From NCBI GenBank assembly GCA_958009085.1, contig OY253674.1:124001-188000 (forward strand): a DNA stretch of 64,000 nucleotides. Reading direction: 5' to 3'. The position numbers and the translations under genes are program-made. How positions within the stretch are numbered: position 1 is the first letter of the stretch; every line of letters starts with the position of its first letter. This DNA comes from Protoeuglena noctilucae (lineage: Eukaryota). Below the pieces are notes generated by a model that saw only the letters and a program-made list of their open reading frames with translations, searched no databases and was not told the origin of the DNA. Shown one piece after another: positions 1 through 14,121 of this stretch.

Positions 1-72
1 GCAGCAGCGATTCGATAGGAGCATCTGACACGGGGCCCACTGGCGCCAGACCGGCCGTGTCAGTTTGCGGTG

Positions 73-3000
73 TCAGAAGGTGGCCAGGGATGGCCCATTG
101 AGCCCCCTGCCCCGCGGCGGCGAGGGCGGCCTCTGCTCGTTGATGTCTTGCATCCAGGTGTCGGAATCGTTGCCGTAGGTCATGTACACGCCCTGCTCGT
201 CCACCTCGCTGCAAATGGGGGGGGCGGGGCGGGGTGAGGGTGAGGGTGAGGGGGGTGGTGAAGAGAAGACGAGCAGAGTTAAAGTGATGGGCAGAGCATT
301 GCACAGCAAAGCCACCGCAAACAGCACGCACGACCACAGCGCCGACAATCGTGTGTTGTGCAATGCAATCTCGGCATCCCCCCTTGCATCGTTTACTGAC
401 TCACCCGTGTCCCGGCGGCAGCGGGTGGATGAGCTTGGGCACCATCACCATGTCGCGGCCAAGCACCAGGATGGCGCCCGCGTTGTTGGCCGTGCCGCAG
501 TAGTTGGTCGCGCTGCAGTCAGCCGGAGGGTGGAGTTACAGTTAGTGAATGTGATGGACAGTAATGCAGTGCATGGTTGGTGGCGCTGCATGGATGACGG
601 GAGACTGTGGATCACAATCAGTCACGGATGCAATTGTCATCTAAAGTAATGGTTATTTAAAGGAATGGAATGCACGACACAAACGGTAAGCAAGAGAGGC
701 ATGGGGGCACGTTCGCTCCCCTCCCTTCACCCCCACTGCTCCTGCCACTGCTCTCACTAGCCCCCATCCCTCGCCTGAACAGCGTGAAGAGCTACCCCAT
801 CCTCTCAATCACACAGCGTGATAGGCTATCCTCTCCCACCTGAACAGCGTGATGAGCTATGGACATGCAACCCATCCACCCTTGTCACCTGAACAGCGTG
901 ATGAGCTTCCCCTGGGCGAACCTCTCGAACCCATCCATGACGCACTCGTGGGCGCGGATCATCAGCTGCAGGCCGTTGCGCTCGCAGAAGTCCGCCACGC
1001 GGTCGGGGCCGAAGCACACCAGGCCGGGGCCACTGCATAGCGAGGGGGGTGAGAGGGTGAGGTGAGGTGAGTGGCGGAGTGGGTCCGGGGTGCACTGTCG
1101 AAGCACATCAGTGAGTTGCAACAAACTCAACCTTACTATCTCCACTAACGCACGCATTACCGCTCCCACACACCACTCCCCCACAACTCCCCACACATCC
1201 ACCCCCACCCCCAAACACCCCAACCACTCACCGCGGCGACGGCTGCACCCCCTCCACCGCGTCGTTGGTGGTGGGATCCGACCAGAGCAGATCCGTGTAG
1301 ACCTGGTTGCCATCTTTCAGCGAAATGGGCCTCTGCAGCTCCTCGATCTGCCCCAGGTTCTCAATTACGCGCCCGATGCCGCCGTGCATGCACACGATCT
1401 TGTCGGCCACCACCGCCGCCAGCGGGAGCCAGTTGAACAAATCGTTGAAGCGCTTCCAGACCTTGATGCCCCCATTCGGCCCCAACCGCTCCATGCACTC
1501 GTCCCGGAAGCCGAACAGGCTGTTGATGTCCTCATCCTCGTGATTGCCCCGGATCAAGTGCACATAGCGTGGGTAGTCGATCTTGAGCGCCAGCAGCAGG
1601 CACATGGTCTCCAAAGAGTGCCGCCCGCGATCGACATAATCCCCCAAAAAGAGATAGTCGATGTAGGTGACGTCGCCCGTCATGGTGGGCGCGCCGTACT
1701 CCTCGAAAAGACGCATCAGGTCCCCGAACTGCCCGTGCAGGTCGCCGAAGATCTTGATCGGCGCGGAGAGGCGCAGCACGGTGGGCTCCGCGCGGAAGAG
1801 GTCCTCGGCCTGGTCGCACAGCGCTTCGATCTCGTCGACGGATAGGCAGAACGCCTCACTGGGCGTCCACTCGCGGGGCTTGAGGAGGCACTCGATGGTC
1901 TTCTTGTGCACGGGGGAGTCGCCGCTGAGGGGGGAAAGAGGAGGGAGACAAAGGCGGGTGGGAGGTGTGGGTTGGGGGGGTGTGGGGCGCGGTGGGTGAC
2001 GGTACGGTGGGAGAGTGGCAAGAGTTGATATTAAGACAAGCCCGTGCACGACAAGCAAGCTATGCGTAATCAATACAATTAGATGAGAACAGACACAAAC
2101 AATCACACTCCCACCAACCACTCACGTGTTGTCCCTTGGCGACGACACGAACATGAGCCCGTTGGCGGGGGTGCGTTGCCTCTCAATCGCCCCGGGGGAG
2201 TCTGCCGTGATGACCCTCCTCGCTTCGTTGTGAAAGGTGTCGATGGAGAGATTGCGGATGAGGCCGCGCATGTCGGGCTGGTGGGGCACGACCGCCGCGC
2301 GGTGGTAAAGGCGCACGTCGGGGGTGGGGAGGGACGAGGGGCCGCCGCTGGGGGGTGGGGAGGGGATGGGAGATGTGAGGGAGAAGCGAGCGTGTAAGTA
2401 AGGGGCAGTTGGGTGCGGGTGCGCAGGTGCAGTAGCAAACGTGAGGGAGTGTGCAGCTTGCCCATTGCCGCCACCCATCCAATGACCACAGCTGCCACCC
2501 GCCCCCCCTCCTCCTCCAACCTCCCATACCCCCCCATCTCTCCCATCATCTTCCATCCCATCTCCTCGCCTGTAGTTCCCCGACGGCGACCGGTGCCGCG
2601 CGAGCGAGGGCGTGGGGGTGCGTGTGGCGGCCATCGTCGCCGTGGGGCTGCCCGACCCGCTGCTGTCCCCCCCCGGAGAGCCAAAGTCCCGGTGCAGCGT
2701 CCTGGCCACCGCCTGCGCCTCCTCTTGGGCGAAGGAGGAGAGGAGCTCGGCGTTGCTGGCGGGGGCATGCGTGTGCATCTCGTCGAAAAAGCAGCGCCAG
2801 GGGTCGGCCTGGAGGGGGGTGGGGTGGGGGGGGATAGGTGAGGGGATGGGAATGTGGTTGGATGGTTGCGGGGTGGTCAGGGAAGATGTGGGGAGGTAGT
2901 TAAGGAGCGGTGTATGACGGTGGCTGATGGAGCTGTCGCAGCCCTCAGCTCCCACCCCATCACAATGACACCACTATTCCCCATCGCACTCCCCCTGTCG

Positions 3001-5471
3001 CTCTCACCTTGGCCCTCAGCTCCCGCACCACCGCGTCCATGCCCCCAGAGTCGTCGGCCACCAGCAAGTCGTCCAGAAGCGTCGACCCACGCAGCCCCCC
3101 GTACACAAACACGAGCGGCCCGACGGCCGTCACCGCGTGCCGGCAGCGCCGGGTGAGCTCCAGGATCCCCGAGGCAGCCGCGGGGTGGTTGGGGCCCCGG
3201 CTGGCCCACACCCCCACGTCTAAGTCGTAGACCACGGCTGAGTTGTCCTCATCCACCATGCGCCCACCCCCCACCGCCCCGCCAATCACGTGCAGCCGGC
3301 CCTCCACGAACACCGCGCCGTGCTGGTAGCGGCCGATGGGCATCGCGCCGGGCGCCTCCGCCCACCTGGGGTGAGGGTGAGGGTGGGGGTGGCAGTGGTG
3401 GGCATGAGGGTGGGGGTGCTGGCAGTAAGGGTGGGCATGCGAGGTGCGCACAGGTGCAGGTGCGGGCGAGGGTGCAGGGGCGGTGAGCAAGTGCAGGTGC
3501 GGTGAGCCGGTGCGTGTGCGCCAGTCGCCGATCAGCAGCGGCGTCCCTCACCACCACCTCCCGTCCCTGTGCCTGCTGAGCCCGTACGCGTCGCTGAGGG
3601 GAGTGCCCTTGGCGTCCCTGCCCCCGCACAGCAGCATGAGGCCGTCGCGCCGGGGGACCGACGTGGCGTACATGCGGCCCACGGGCTGCTTGCCGTCCGA
3701 CGTCTGCGGGTGGGATGAGATGGTGGGGGTTACATGGTGAGAGTGGGGTGGGTATCGGGGTGGTCGACAGGTCAAGTGTTGAGCCATGAAAACATCAAGA
3801 CCATGAAACCAGTGTGCGACACGTTAGCACTGAACACATCGAAACCCCCCATCCTCGCCTGCACTTTCTGCCAGTGGTAGGGCTTCTCGGAGGTGTCGAG
3901 GGCCCAGCAGTCGGGGAGCGTGGTCTTGCCGTCGTTGCCGCCCATGATGACCAGGAAGCGGTTGACCACTAGCGTCAGCGTGTGAGCGTAGCGGGGGCCG
4001 GGGGATGGGCCCTGCACCACCACGCGGTGCCACTGGGGGGGGGAAGGGAATGAGCGGGGGTGACGCGACTGTCGTGGCAGTGAACGGCTGCGCAACAACC
4101 CTGTCTCCAACGATCCTTGAAACGTCACAAGCGAGTGATTGCAGCAAGCGCAGCAGCCCTCGTTCCTCGCACCCAGGCCGGCACCCGCCTAGCCCCAATG
4201 ACGCGCTCCCCGCGTCCCATCACATACCTTAGGCCGCGCCATGTTGGAGAAATCCAGCACGTGCAGGTCGTTGTCCGCCAAGCCGTGAGGTCCGATACCT
4301 CCCTGGATCACCACCATGTTGCCCACCGTCGCAGCCGCGTGGGCCGCGCGCGCGGAGGGTGGCGTGCCATCTGGCACGACTTTGGACCACTCCCTGCGCG
4401 CGGAGGGACGCTCCGGGGCGAAGCTCGCGCGGCGAGGAGAACTAAACGGTATATGAGCGGTCGGGGACAACCTGGCGGGGCCCCGCGCGGAAGGAGGGCG
4501 GCGGTCCGGGTGCAAACCGGCGCAGTGGGCGCGTGGCAGTTCGCGAGCCCCGGAGCCGGCGCCTCTCACCCCGTCGACAGGTCCATGATGTGGATGTCAT
4601 TCGTCGCCCCCGCCAGCCGAATCCCGGACCCCGCCGCCTGCCCCGGCGATGCGGGGGAAGCCGCCCCGTCCGCCCTGGATCCTGCATGACACGGGGGGGG
4701 ACGGGCGCGACCGTGGGCGTCGACGCGGCAAGCGAACGATCCACACCGCTCCCCCGGAAACGCCCGGGCACCGAGAGGATCGTCCGGGCCCCGGGATCGC
4801 GCCCCACGCGGTCATCAGCGACCCCCCCTTCGGTTGCGCCACCGTGGGCCGGTCCCAGCGCCCGAGGGCCGGAGAGCGCCACCCTAAAGCAACAGGAACT
4901 ACCGCGCGGGACCGCGCAGGCCGCTGCATCGCCCCGAAACGCGCGCCGACGGTCGACCGGCATCTCGCCCGCCCCCCGGCGTCGAGACGGGCCACCGAAG
5001 GCATTGCCGGAGATCGATGGGGCCCTCGGGAGCGCGTGCGGCCACCGAAGGCCGGGAAACGGGGCCAGCGCGCCCATCCCGAGGCCGACCCCAGCGCCAG
5101 TCCCCTCGCGCTCCCCTGGGGGGCCTCCGGCGATGGAGACCGGCGCGGAGACGACCCGTACCGCATCCATCGCCGCCGGGCTCGGGGGACGGGCCGCGCG
5201 ATCGGGGATTCTCCGCTCGGCCAGCCCCAGAGGCTGGCCAAGTCAAAATTTCCGGCCCGGGGGAGGCCTCCCGCCTCGGCCTCTCACCTTCCAACGCCGT
5301 GGCCCCTCCAAACATGACCAATTTCGCCGTCGTGATATCCGACTTGTTCCCCATGATCGCCGTCAAGGTGTGCCCACATCTTGGCCCCGGCTTGTCGCCC
5401 AACACCGGGAAGCGCCGGCATAACGGGACGGGGGAGGTCGTAGCCTCCGTGCTCGCGCTGACGGCGGACAT
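73..5471 (-). CDS. BSL1: BSU1/BSL-family Kelch-repeat Ser/Thr phosphatase (PPKL), about 12 exons
   Basis: Spliced reading: MSAVSAS...PGPRCGHTLTA, Kelch repeats (PSARAAHAAA, PGPRYAHTL, PIGRYQHGA), VRLYHRAAVV, then PPP catalytic motifs GDLHGQ, GDYVDRG, RGNHE, HGG, DLLWSDP, RAHECVMDGFERFAQGKLITLF; stop TGA at 75-73. Confidence 0.93.
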
Positions 5472-5953
5472 CGTCGCTGGATCCCGCCAAGTCCCGGCAC
5501 GCACGGAGACCGTCCCCCACAGCGGTCACAGGGGAAGGCGCCCCCTCTGGCCCGGCCCTCCCCTGCGCGAGCCAATCAGCGCTGCTCTCCCGCGGGGGCC
5601 CTAGAGGCGACTCGGGAGCACCGCAGCGAGGCAGAAGTGCTTAACCGCTGAGAAGACACCGTCTGGACCGTCCGAGAAACGCGCTGTCGACGACACGGCC
5701 GCGACACATTGCAGATCTAGACACGGAACCCCGAGCGGTGAAGGGAGCGAGCGGGGACTGCCCCCAAAACCCTCCCCGCCCGAATGCTGGTTTGCGCAGG
5801 CCCCCGTTGCTTCAAGTGGCTGGCGCGGCTAATTACACTCGATTAATACAGCTTGCATGCATATTGATCGCACTGCGTCGTGCCCTAGATCGCGGGCCCT
5901 GCCACCCCGTCCTTGGAGCCATGATGGGGCGCAGCAGGGGTCGAGCAGGGAAG

Positions 5954-8900
5954 CTAAATCACGCGCACCGCCTCGCTGGCGATGTAACCTGGCCGCAGCT
6001 GCCCTCGGACCTTCCTCCTGGCCTCCAGCTGGAGCTGCGCCACGACGGCGTCTGTGCCGCGGCGCAGGGGGCCCGGCGCGGGGTTGCCGTTCCGCGTCGC
6101 GGGCGGCGACAGGCGGGGGACGGAGAGCGTCCGCGTCGGCTGGGGCGAAGAGTGCCGGGATGCGCCGGGGGAGGAAGCTGCGGGGCACGAAGCACGTGGG
6201 AGGCGTATGCGGCGCAATTTCGCGGCCGGCCAGCTGCGATGCGGCGCCAAGCCCTTCTCCCCGACTCACGAATGTCGCTGGGCCGGTAGAGGGGCGACGA
6301 GGGCCGCGCCCCGGCGGCGGGCGGGGGGACTCGGTAGGGCGCGCCGGGCGAGTGCGGGAAGGCAGGGCCCGAGGCGCGCCTGGCCCTCGCGGGGCCCGGG
6401 GCGACGACGGCTGAGACCATTTCGTGAGAGAGGACGCTGCCGAGGCCGCGGCTGGGGGATCTGCTGGGCAAGAAACGGATGGGTGGGATGGACGTGAACG
6501 TTTGCGCAGCTGCGGGGGCCCGGACATCAAGCACAGCGCTGTCACCCGCCCCTTACAAAGTGCAACACTGCGGCTGTCGGTACCCTGGGCATACGCGCAG
6601 CTCACCTGGACGCGACGGGGCTGGGGCTGCGACCCCATATGGCGTTGTTGGGGGGCGAGCGCAGGGGCGCAGATGGCAGGAGTTGTGCGCTTGGTTGGGG
6701 GGAGTCAACGTGGGCCCTGGAGGGGCTGGGGGATGCCCAGTGGCGGGCCGGGGCCGGCGGGCAGGCGATGGGTTGCAGATGAGTCGGGCCGCGGGGGCTG
6801 GGGGGAAGGGGGCTGCCGGGGCGAGGCTGGCGGTAGGGCGACGGTTGCTGGTGGAGCGGGGCCGGTTGCTGACGCGGTAGGGGGCTCCGATGGGGGCTGG
6901 GGAGGCGGGGGCTAGGCGGAGGCGAGAGCGGGCGGGCGTGGGGAGGGGGCGAGAGGGGCCGGATGGCCGGAGCGGGGTTGGGTGCGCGTGGGCTGGGGAC
7001 CTGGCTGGGGTGCCTGGAGGGTGGGCCTGCCCGTGGCATGCCAGCCATAGGAGAGGGGCTGGAGGGGCGTGAGGGTGTGGCGCTGGATGGCCGGGGTGTG
7101 CGGGCGCTTGCGGGGTGGCCCTGGGGGGGAGGTGGGGTGGTGGGGATCACGTTGCTGTGTGGCATGGAGCATGATGTGCCATAATGAGCGTGGCGTGGAG
7201 CGTGAGTTGTGGTGGCACGTGTGTGTTGGGGGCGATGGGGGCAGGCATGTGAAATGGACTACAGCAAGGCTGCGATGTGCTGCTATCGATAGTAATAACC
7301 GATGTAATGTCTAACATACGCTGGGTTCATAATGTACCATTGACACACATCACCATCAGGCTAGTCACCTTGGCGGGCGTGCCGGCCCTCGATGAGCGCG
7401 GCGTGTGGCCCTGGCCCCGGCTCATGCCCTCCACATGGCGAGCGATGTCCGCCGAGAGGGCATCCGCACGCGACCTGTCCCTCGCCAAAGCGACGCCTGC
7501 CGCGACAGCACCCACCGCGCCCACCGCCTGATAAGCGCAAGGGTTGGGCGACAGCGGCCGTCGACCCTCGCTGCCCGCGGCTCGGGTGGGGGTAGGGCCG
7601 CCAGGTGCCGGTGCTGTGGCTGGAGTGTGCGGGGCCGCCCGCGGAGTGAGCGGCGTCGCGTGGCTGCCCGGGGATGGCGCTGGCGGTGGGACTGCCGGGA
7701 TGCGCGAGGCGCGTGTGTGGCCCGGCAGCCCCACTGCAGCCAGTGCATGGCCTTGGGTCGGCGCCTGCATCTGAGTTGGTGCGTCCAGTCGAGTCGGCGG
7801 GTGCACTGCTGGCGCCTGGGCTGGGATGGGCCCCTGCGCTTGGGTCGGCGCTTGCATGCCAGTCAGCTCCTGCGCTCGCTCCTGCATCTGCACGCGGGTC
7901 CTCGCTCCGCCGTTCCCTGCCACGCCCATCTCTGGCGTTTGGACGCTCACTGGCGGAGCGCAGTTGCCAGAGACACCCCCGGTGGTCAGCTGCCCCTCCG
8001 TGGCTTGTTGGCGTGGCTTGGGTGTCGAGGAGTCCTGACGAGGGGCGTCTCCCGGGGCCAAAGGCACCGTAGGCTCGGCGGCAGGCGGCGAGATGGCCAG
8101 GCTGGCGGGGGTGGCAGTGGCGGGGGCGGCGGTGGGGGCGACGGTGGCAGGGAAGGCAGTGGTGGGTGCGGCCTTGTTGCCAGGGGCAGCGATGGAGACC
8201 GGCGATGCCATGAGCGGTGCATCACTGGTATCGCCATTGGCTCGCTTTCCTGAGTCTCCTCCCTGAGCCTGGGTCTGTGCGGTGGCCGCATGGCCTGTAC
8301 CATTGTTGTTGACGCCCTGGCGCTCGGCACCTGCGGGCAGCACAAAGCACGATAAGTGAGGATAGCATGGGTTTGAAGACAATGCTGAACAACTGATTGA
8401 GATGCGAGACCAATAGGCACATGTAGGGTTGCAGGCGCGCTTGCGATGGAGGCTGTGAAGCTGTCGCAGTGTGGCTGGCAGTCACTTCCCGCACCTGCAG
8501 CTGCTGCTGGTGTCTCGTCTCGCGCTCTCTCCGCTGGCGGGGCCGTGGGTGCTTGCCCCATTACGCGCAGCACAGCCGCCAGCGCACCGCCCCCCTCCGC
8601 CCGCACCAGCCGCCGCAGCTGGGCACCGAGGGAGTCTGCGCAAGCAGTGGAGTCACCAGTGATGAACGATGTTGTTGCAAGTGATATGGTGGGTACACGG
8701 TACCCAACTTGTTGCCATCATATCATGTCTCCCAGCATCATTGCCATGTGGGTTGCCTCGCTCTCGCACGCATGCGCATGCGCACTCACCCGCCACCCTG
8801 CGCTGGAAATCCACCATCGTCTCCGACAACGAGGCCAGCCCGGCACCCGCACCGGGGCCCAGGGCCATGGCGAAGGCCCTTGCGGTGTGGGGGATGAGCG

Positions 8901-10677
8901 TGGGGTGCACCAGCAACGCGCGCGCAGTCGGGCGGGACGCGGGGTCCTGCGAGCCAGTGAGCGAGTCATTGATCGTCGTCACTTGGTTTGCTAATGCAAG
9001 GGGACTGTTCGACTCTCGCTCGATTTGTCATGACATAAATGCTTGAGCACTGCCACTGCCCCAGGCACTGACGCTGACACGGTTGGCTGCACGCATGCAT
9101 CCACAGCACCCTTGCACAGCCCTTACCAACGCAACCCTCACAACCGTCTTACATTGCTCCACGTGCCCCTTTCGAGTCTCATCCCCACTCACCCTCTGCA
9201 GCATGAGCGCGACGAGGTCCTTGGCAGCTTGGGAGTAGCACGCCGGCACGGGCTCGTGGCTCAGGGCTGCGACGCGCCTGCGCAGGTCCTCGAGGCTCGC
9301 GGCGTGGAACGCGCACCGCTGCGCCATGATCTCGACCATCACGCACCCCACCGACCACACGTCATTGGGCCGACCGTACTCACGCCCCTCCAGCACCTCA
9401 GGAGACATGTAGAGGGGCGTCCCGACCCACGTGGACGCCAGCTGCGACGCGTGCTCGAGCTGCCGGGATATGCCGAAGTCGCCCAGCATCACGTGCGTGA
9501 TGCGGCCGGCTGCGAGGTGAGGTGAGGAGAGCGCGGGTGTGAGCGATGGCTGTCAATCACGCCGCACAACGCTGCTTTGAGAGATGCTCCCCTGCGTTTC
9601 CGAACACAGTCGCGAGCAGGACGACAGCCACTCGCGTGTGTTTGTGAACATTTGATGACTTCGAATGACCAAAGGCAGTCACCATCAGGATCCAGGCACA
9701 CGAAGACGCTTTGTATAAGACAGCTACCGACATATGACTCCCACAGCCAGCAGCAGTCACCGTAGGGGTCGGAGCACACGAAGGCGTTCTCGGTCTTGAT
9801 GTCTCGGTGCAGCACGTTTGCGTCATGGAGGTACTCGAGGGCCAGGAGCATCTGGGCCACGCACGACAGCACGACGCCCTCGTCCAGGTGAACAGCCGGG
9901 TGGCGGGAATCGACTCGACTCTGCTCCCGGCGCATGGCCTGCGGGCGAGCGGGGCAGTTGATAGTAGTAGGGAGCGCGATGGTGCCCAGTCGGGAGAGCG
10001 AAGGTGGTGAGAAGGAGATGAAGAGGTGATGATAACGAGTAGTAGGAGTAAGAGCGTTACAGTGCACAGTGGCCTGCGAGGCGTGGTTGGGAACGTGCTG
10101 TGTTGTGGTGTCTGTGAACAGCACGTCACCTTGACGAGGCCTTGGACCGTCCCGCCCTGGCAGTACTGCAGGACCAGGTGCAGAAGCGGACCACGCGAGT
10201 CCTCCGTGACCGTGAAGTCGCGGCACCACACCGTGAAGGGGTGGAAGAGCTTGCACTGCGAGGGTAAGAGTTGTCAAACTCTTGTTGCAATTCGCGATGC
10301 GGTCATTGCTGGCCCCTCGCGGTTAAGGCAACCAAAGACGCGGTGGGATGCGGCCAGCACCTGAATGGACACTTCACGCAGGATGGCGTCGAGATGCTTG
10401 GGGTCTTCCGGCATCCGCACCGTCTTGATGACCCACGGAGAGCCACGGTACGGCCCGCGGCGCTCCATCGCCAGCACCGCTTTACCGTACGACCCTGCGG
10501 TTCGGAAGTCATCTCAAAGTTGCATTTATGCTAAGGGCGGCCTCGAGCCGGCCCCAGCATCGACCAGTCGGCGCGCTTGCCTTGGCCAAGGGTGCACATC
10601 AGGTCGAAGCGCTCGTCGGGCTTCCACCGCTTCAGCCGCCTCAGACCCGCTATTTTAAGCGCGCTGGCTTCCGACAT
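5954..10677 (-). CDS. NIMA-related (NEK-like) Ser/Thr kinase with long low-complexity C-terminal tail; 3' end approximate
   Basis: Exons give LGQG-SYGKAVL, VIKTV, LVLQYCQGG, QMLLALEYLH, HRDIKTEN, LGDFGISRQL, VGTPLYMSPE, DVWSVG, DPASRP; Pro/Ala-rich exons follow. Confidence 0.85.
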
Positions 10678-11125
10678 GGCTCTTGGCGCCGTTGAAAGCC
10701 ACGAATCCGGGCGGACGTCCCTGCGCCCCGCCAACCGGCGCGGCCGTCGCGCGGGCGCGAGGGGAATCTAACGACGCCCAGACAGGAACCAGCGACTAAT
10801 TGCTTCTCAAAGAACCAGGCACTGCGCCCACAGCAGTCGGCGTGGTCCGGGAGGGGACCCGGACGGCAGGCCAAGCGCGTGAGGGCTGAGGCCAGACGCA
10901 GACACTGAAAACGACAGCAAATTGGCAAGATCTAGGTCTGTTACGTGCGCAGTCGGCAAAAAGAGCGCCCTCATGCGCAGAAATGGCGAGCTCGTCTGGC
11001 ACCTGAGTTGCCAGTCGCGCTAGGTGCTGATTGGCCGTCACCGGCCGCCGCGCGACTGCTACCTGTCAGCGGCTGAGCCAGTGGTGGCCTGGCAGGCGGC
11101 GCCTGGGTCGCCGAGGGGCCGAACC

Positions 11126-13869
11126 ATGCAGGCTGCGGAGAAGAGCCCGGCCGCGGCCGCTGCGGCATCGGAAGTCGATCGCAAGGTCATCCCAACGCAA
11201 GTGAGAAACAACATCCTTGACAAGGTCTTGCTTTCCTCGCTCTCGACGCCTCGGGGCCGGAGAGGCACGCCCAAGTCGAGCGCTGCGATTGCACAGGCCC
11301 CCCGCGCCTCCCCGGCACCCGCAGTCCTCCCATCGCACGAAGGCGGATGTGGTGACGAAGCAAGACACGATCGCGCTCACCGACGCCGACAAAGCCGCGC
11401 TCCTGCGCGTGTATCGCGCGATGCGCACCGCCTCGTGGCTGCACTGGGCCGCGATCGGCATGACGGCGCTCAGGCGAGTTGCCACATGAACATTTGTAAG
11501 CTACATACTCACCTTGTTTCATCGCATAGCAAGAGGCAGCCGCATCGTGCCTGCGCGTGTCGTGATCGTGCTCTGACGCGTGTCATTGTATACATGACTA
11601 ACGCAGGTACGTCTCGCGGTCCCTGGAGGGCTGGCTGGAGAGCCGGCAGGTGCTGGACCCCTCCTGGGTGATCGTGGGCGCCACCGACTGCCTGGCGCTC
11701 GTGGGGCTGGCTGTCACGTTGGACGCCGGAGCCGCCAAAGTCCACGAAACCGCGGTGAGTGTGTTGTGTTGGGGACGTTACCCTGTCCTGTAACTTGACA
11801 GACATGACTAGTGTTGTTAGTAACGAGATGCGGGTTGTCATAATTGATGATATCATATGTTGATATCATGTTGTTGTTTATTACAAAGCGTCGCTTCTGT
11901 GACTGCAGTTGGGCAAGGGCACCGGCAACGCGATTGACCAGATGGTGGCGCTGGCGGGGGTGCTGGGCAAGGTGTTCGAGAATTTGAAAGTGGCGTGGAC
12001 GGTGCAGGGCATGGTGATGCTCATGTGGCTATCCATGTACGATGCGGGCGCGATGTCCGCGGTGGGCGTGGTGGCGGTGCTGGTGCTGGCGGAGCGCATT
12101 GCCATGCAAGTGGTGCCGGGGTATCCGTACAGAAACAGGGAAGCGAGAGAGGCCACGCTCAATCCATTGATTGTCACGGCCCAGGTCATCACGCCCGAGG
12201 TGACGCTGTGTTCTGACGTTGTGCTGTGATGGTGGCGGGAGCGAGAATGTGCTGCGGCGGCGGTGAAGGCGAGAATGTGCTGTGAGTGGTCGCGCACTCG
12301 CAATCTCCTGCTCGCCGATCCAACTCCACACACCCGCTCCCCGAGCCGCACCCGCTCCCCGAGCCGCACCCTCACTGCCACCCACACCCCCACCCTCCCA
12401 CGCCCCCCCTTCCCCGCAGGCCCCCTCGTTGCAGAAGATGCTGCAAGGCAACGAAGCCGACGCGGGCGACTCTCTCTTTCCGCAAACCAAGGTCGACGCG
12501 AGTCGCGAGTCCATGAGCAGGCACACCTACTTGCTGCCTAACCAGGCGAGCGGTGGATGGTGGGTGGTGGATGGTAATGGGGGTGGTAGGGGTGGTGATA
12601 GAGTGGGCAGTGTTGGAGCGGGCGGTGGTGGTGGAGTGGGTGGTGACTGAGTGGATGATAGATGAGTGCAAGCTGAGAAAGCAAACGAGGAGAGTGCTTC
12701 GTCTTTCTTGTGTCACTCTCGTCACCCGCTTCTCAGCTCACTCGCCTCACCCATTTACATTCACATCAACCCCCCCAGGTCGCTTCCTTTGCCGATGTGG
12801 TGGGTCACCTGGTGATGACGGGCGGGGCCGAGGGGAGGCTGCTCTTCGCGTCGATCGTGCAGGCGAGCTGTGATTACGCTTAAAGGCGTTGGTTGTTGTT
12901 AGCAACCAACGTGGCCTGTTGCTGTCGCCTTCTAACTGTTGCTGTGTAGTAATAACACCAACTGCAGGTTGCAACCTACCCCTCTCTGTTGCAATATCTC
13001 CCTGTTACTATTCACCTGTACCAGCCTGCCTCATTCTCATTATCGTCGCCCCCCAGGTGTTTGGCAACGTGTGGAGCCGTGACTGGATGGACGTGGCCTC
13101 GGGTGCCGTGTCGGTGTATGGGTATTACAGCGAGAGGCGCGCCATTCTGGGAACGGCGGCGTTATTGGAGGAGACGCTGGACGCAGAGTGCACGCTGGAT
13201 GAGGTGGGAGGTGGTGTTTATATATGTTTGTGTAACATAATACTTACAAATAATGTGAATTTTTTTCAACATAGTGTGTTGACATGGGTGGTGGCAGAGT
13301 GTGACGGGGCTGTGGGTAGCGGAGTGCACAGATCCTTGATATTAGTCTATATTCCAAACCATTAATATCTATTTCATCTCGCCACCCCCCCAGATCATCC
13401 TGGCTTACGGCGGCAAGGAGGGCGTGGAGGTGCCCTTCGTGGGCGCAGACTGCCCCAGCGTGGCTTTCCTCTTCCGGTGCCTGGTGAGACTGTTATGATT
13501 GCTATTATTAATCATAATTATTATAGATATCATTATTATTTATTTTATTGATGTATTTATTTTTATCATAATAACCATGATTATAGTTTACATTTAGGGG
13601 CGCTCCTCTCTTGCTCCGTGCAGGGTGAGGCGGCGCTCACCATCGGCCTCAACAACGTCTTCGTGGGCATTTGGGGCGTGCTGCAGGTGGCCAACCTCGG
13701 TGAGGCTGCTGTTCCTGCTCTTCTCTATCAAAATATGATCGCCGATGCACTCCTGTGATGTTTATGTGCTCTATGTGCCTGCACCTCCTTGACCGCAGAT
13801 GACGACATGCTTCGCCTGTACGACTGGGGCTACAAAACGGTCCTGGCATTGCTCAACAGAAAGATCTAA
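11126..13869 (+). CDS. Uncharacterised multi-pass membrane protein, about 9 exons
   Basis: Phase-consistent exons from MQAAEKSP to ...LALLNRKI* with several hydrophobic stretches; three GC-AG introns. Confidence 0.6.
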
Positions 13870-14121
13870 GCGATGCAGGGTGATTGATAATTGTACGGCA
13901 CAGTGTAGGGTAGTGGTAAGCGAGACACGCAGCATGCGTCTGTTGCCCGTGACATGTGGCCCAGTCAAATGAAATACAGTTCTTCGTCACTTCGCTGTTG
14001 CCTCGCTTCAACACCAGCCCAATCATGCGCCTGGCAGCGCTGGGCAACCCTCAGCAACCGTCCGTGTACCCCCCACACCCCGAACCAGCACATACAAAGC
14101 AAGCATCTAACACCGTCCCTC

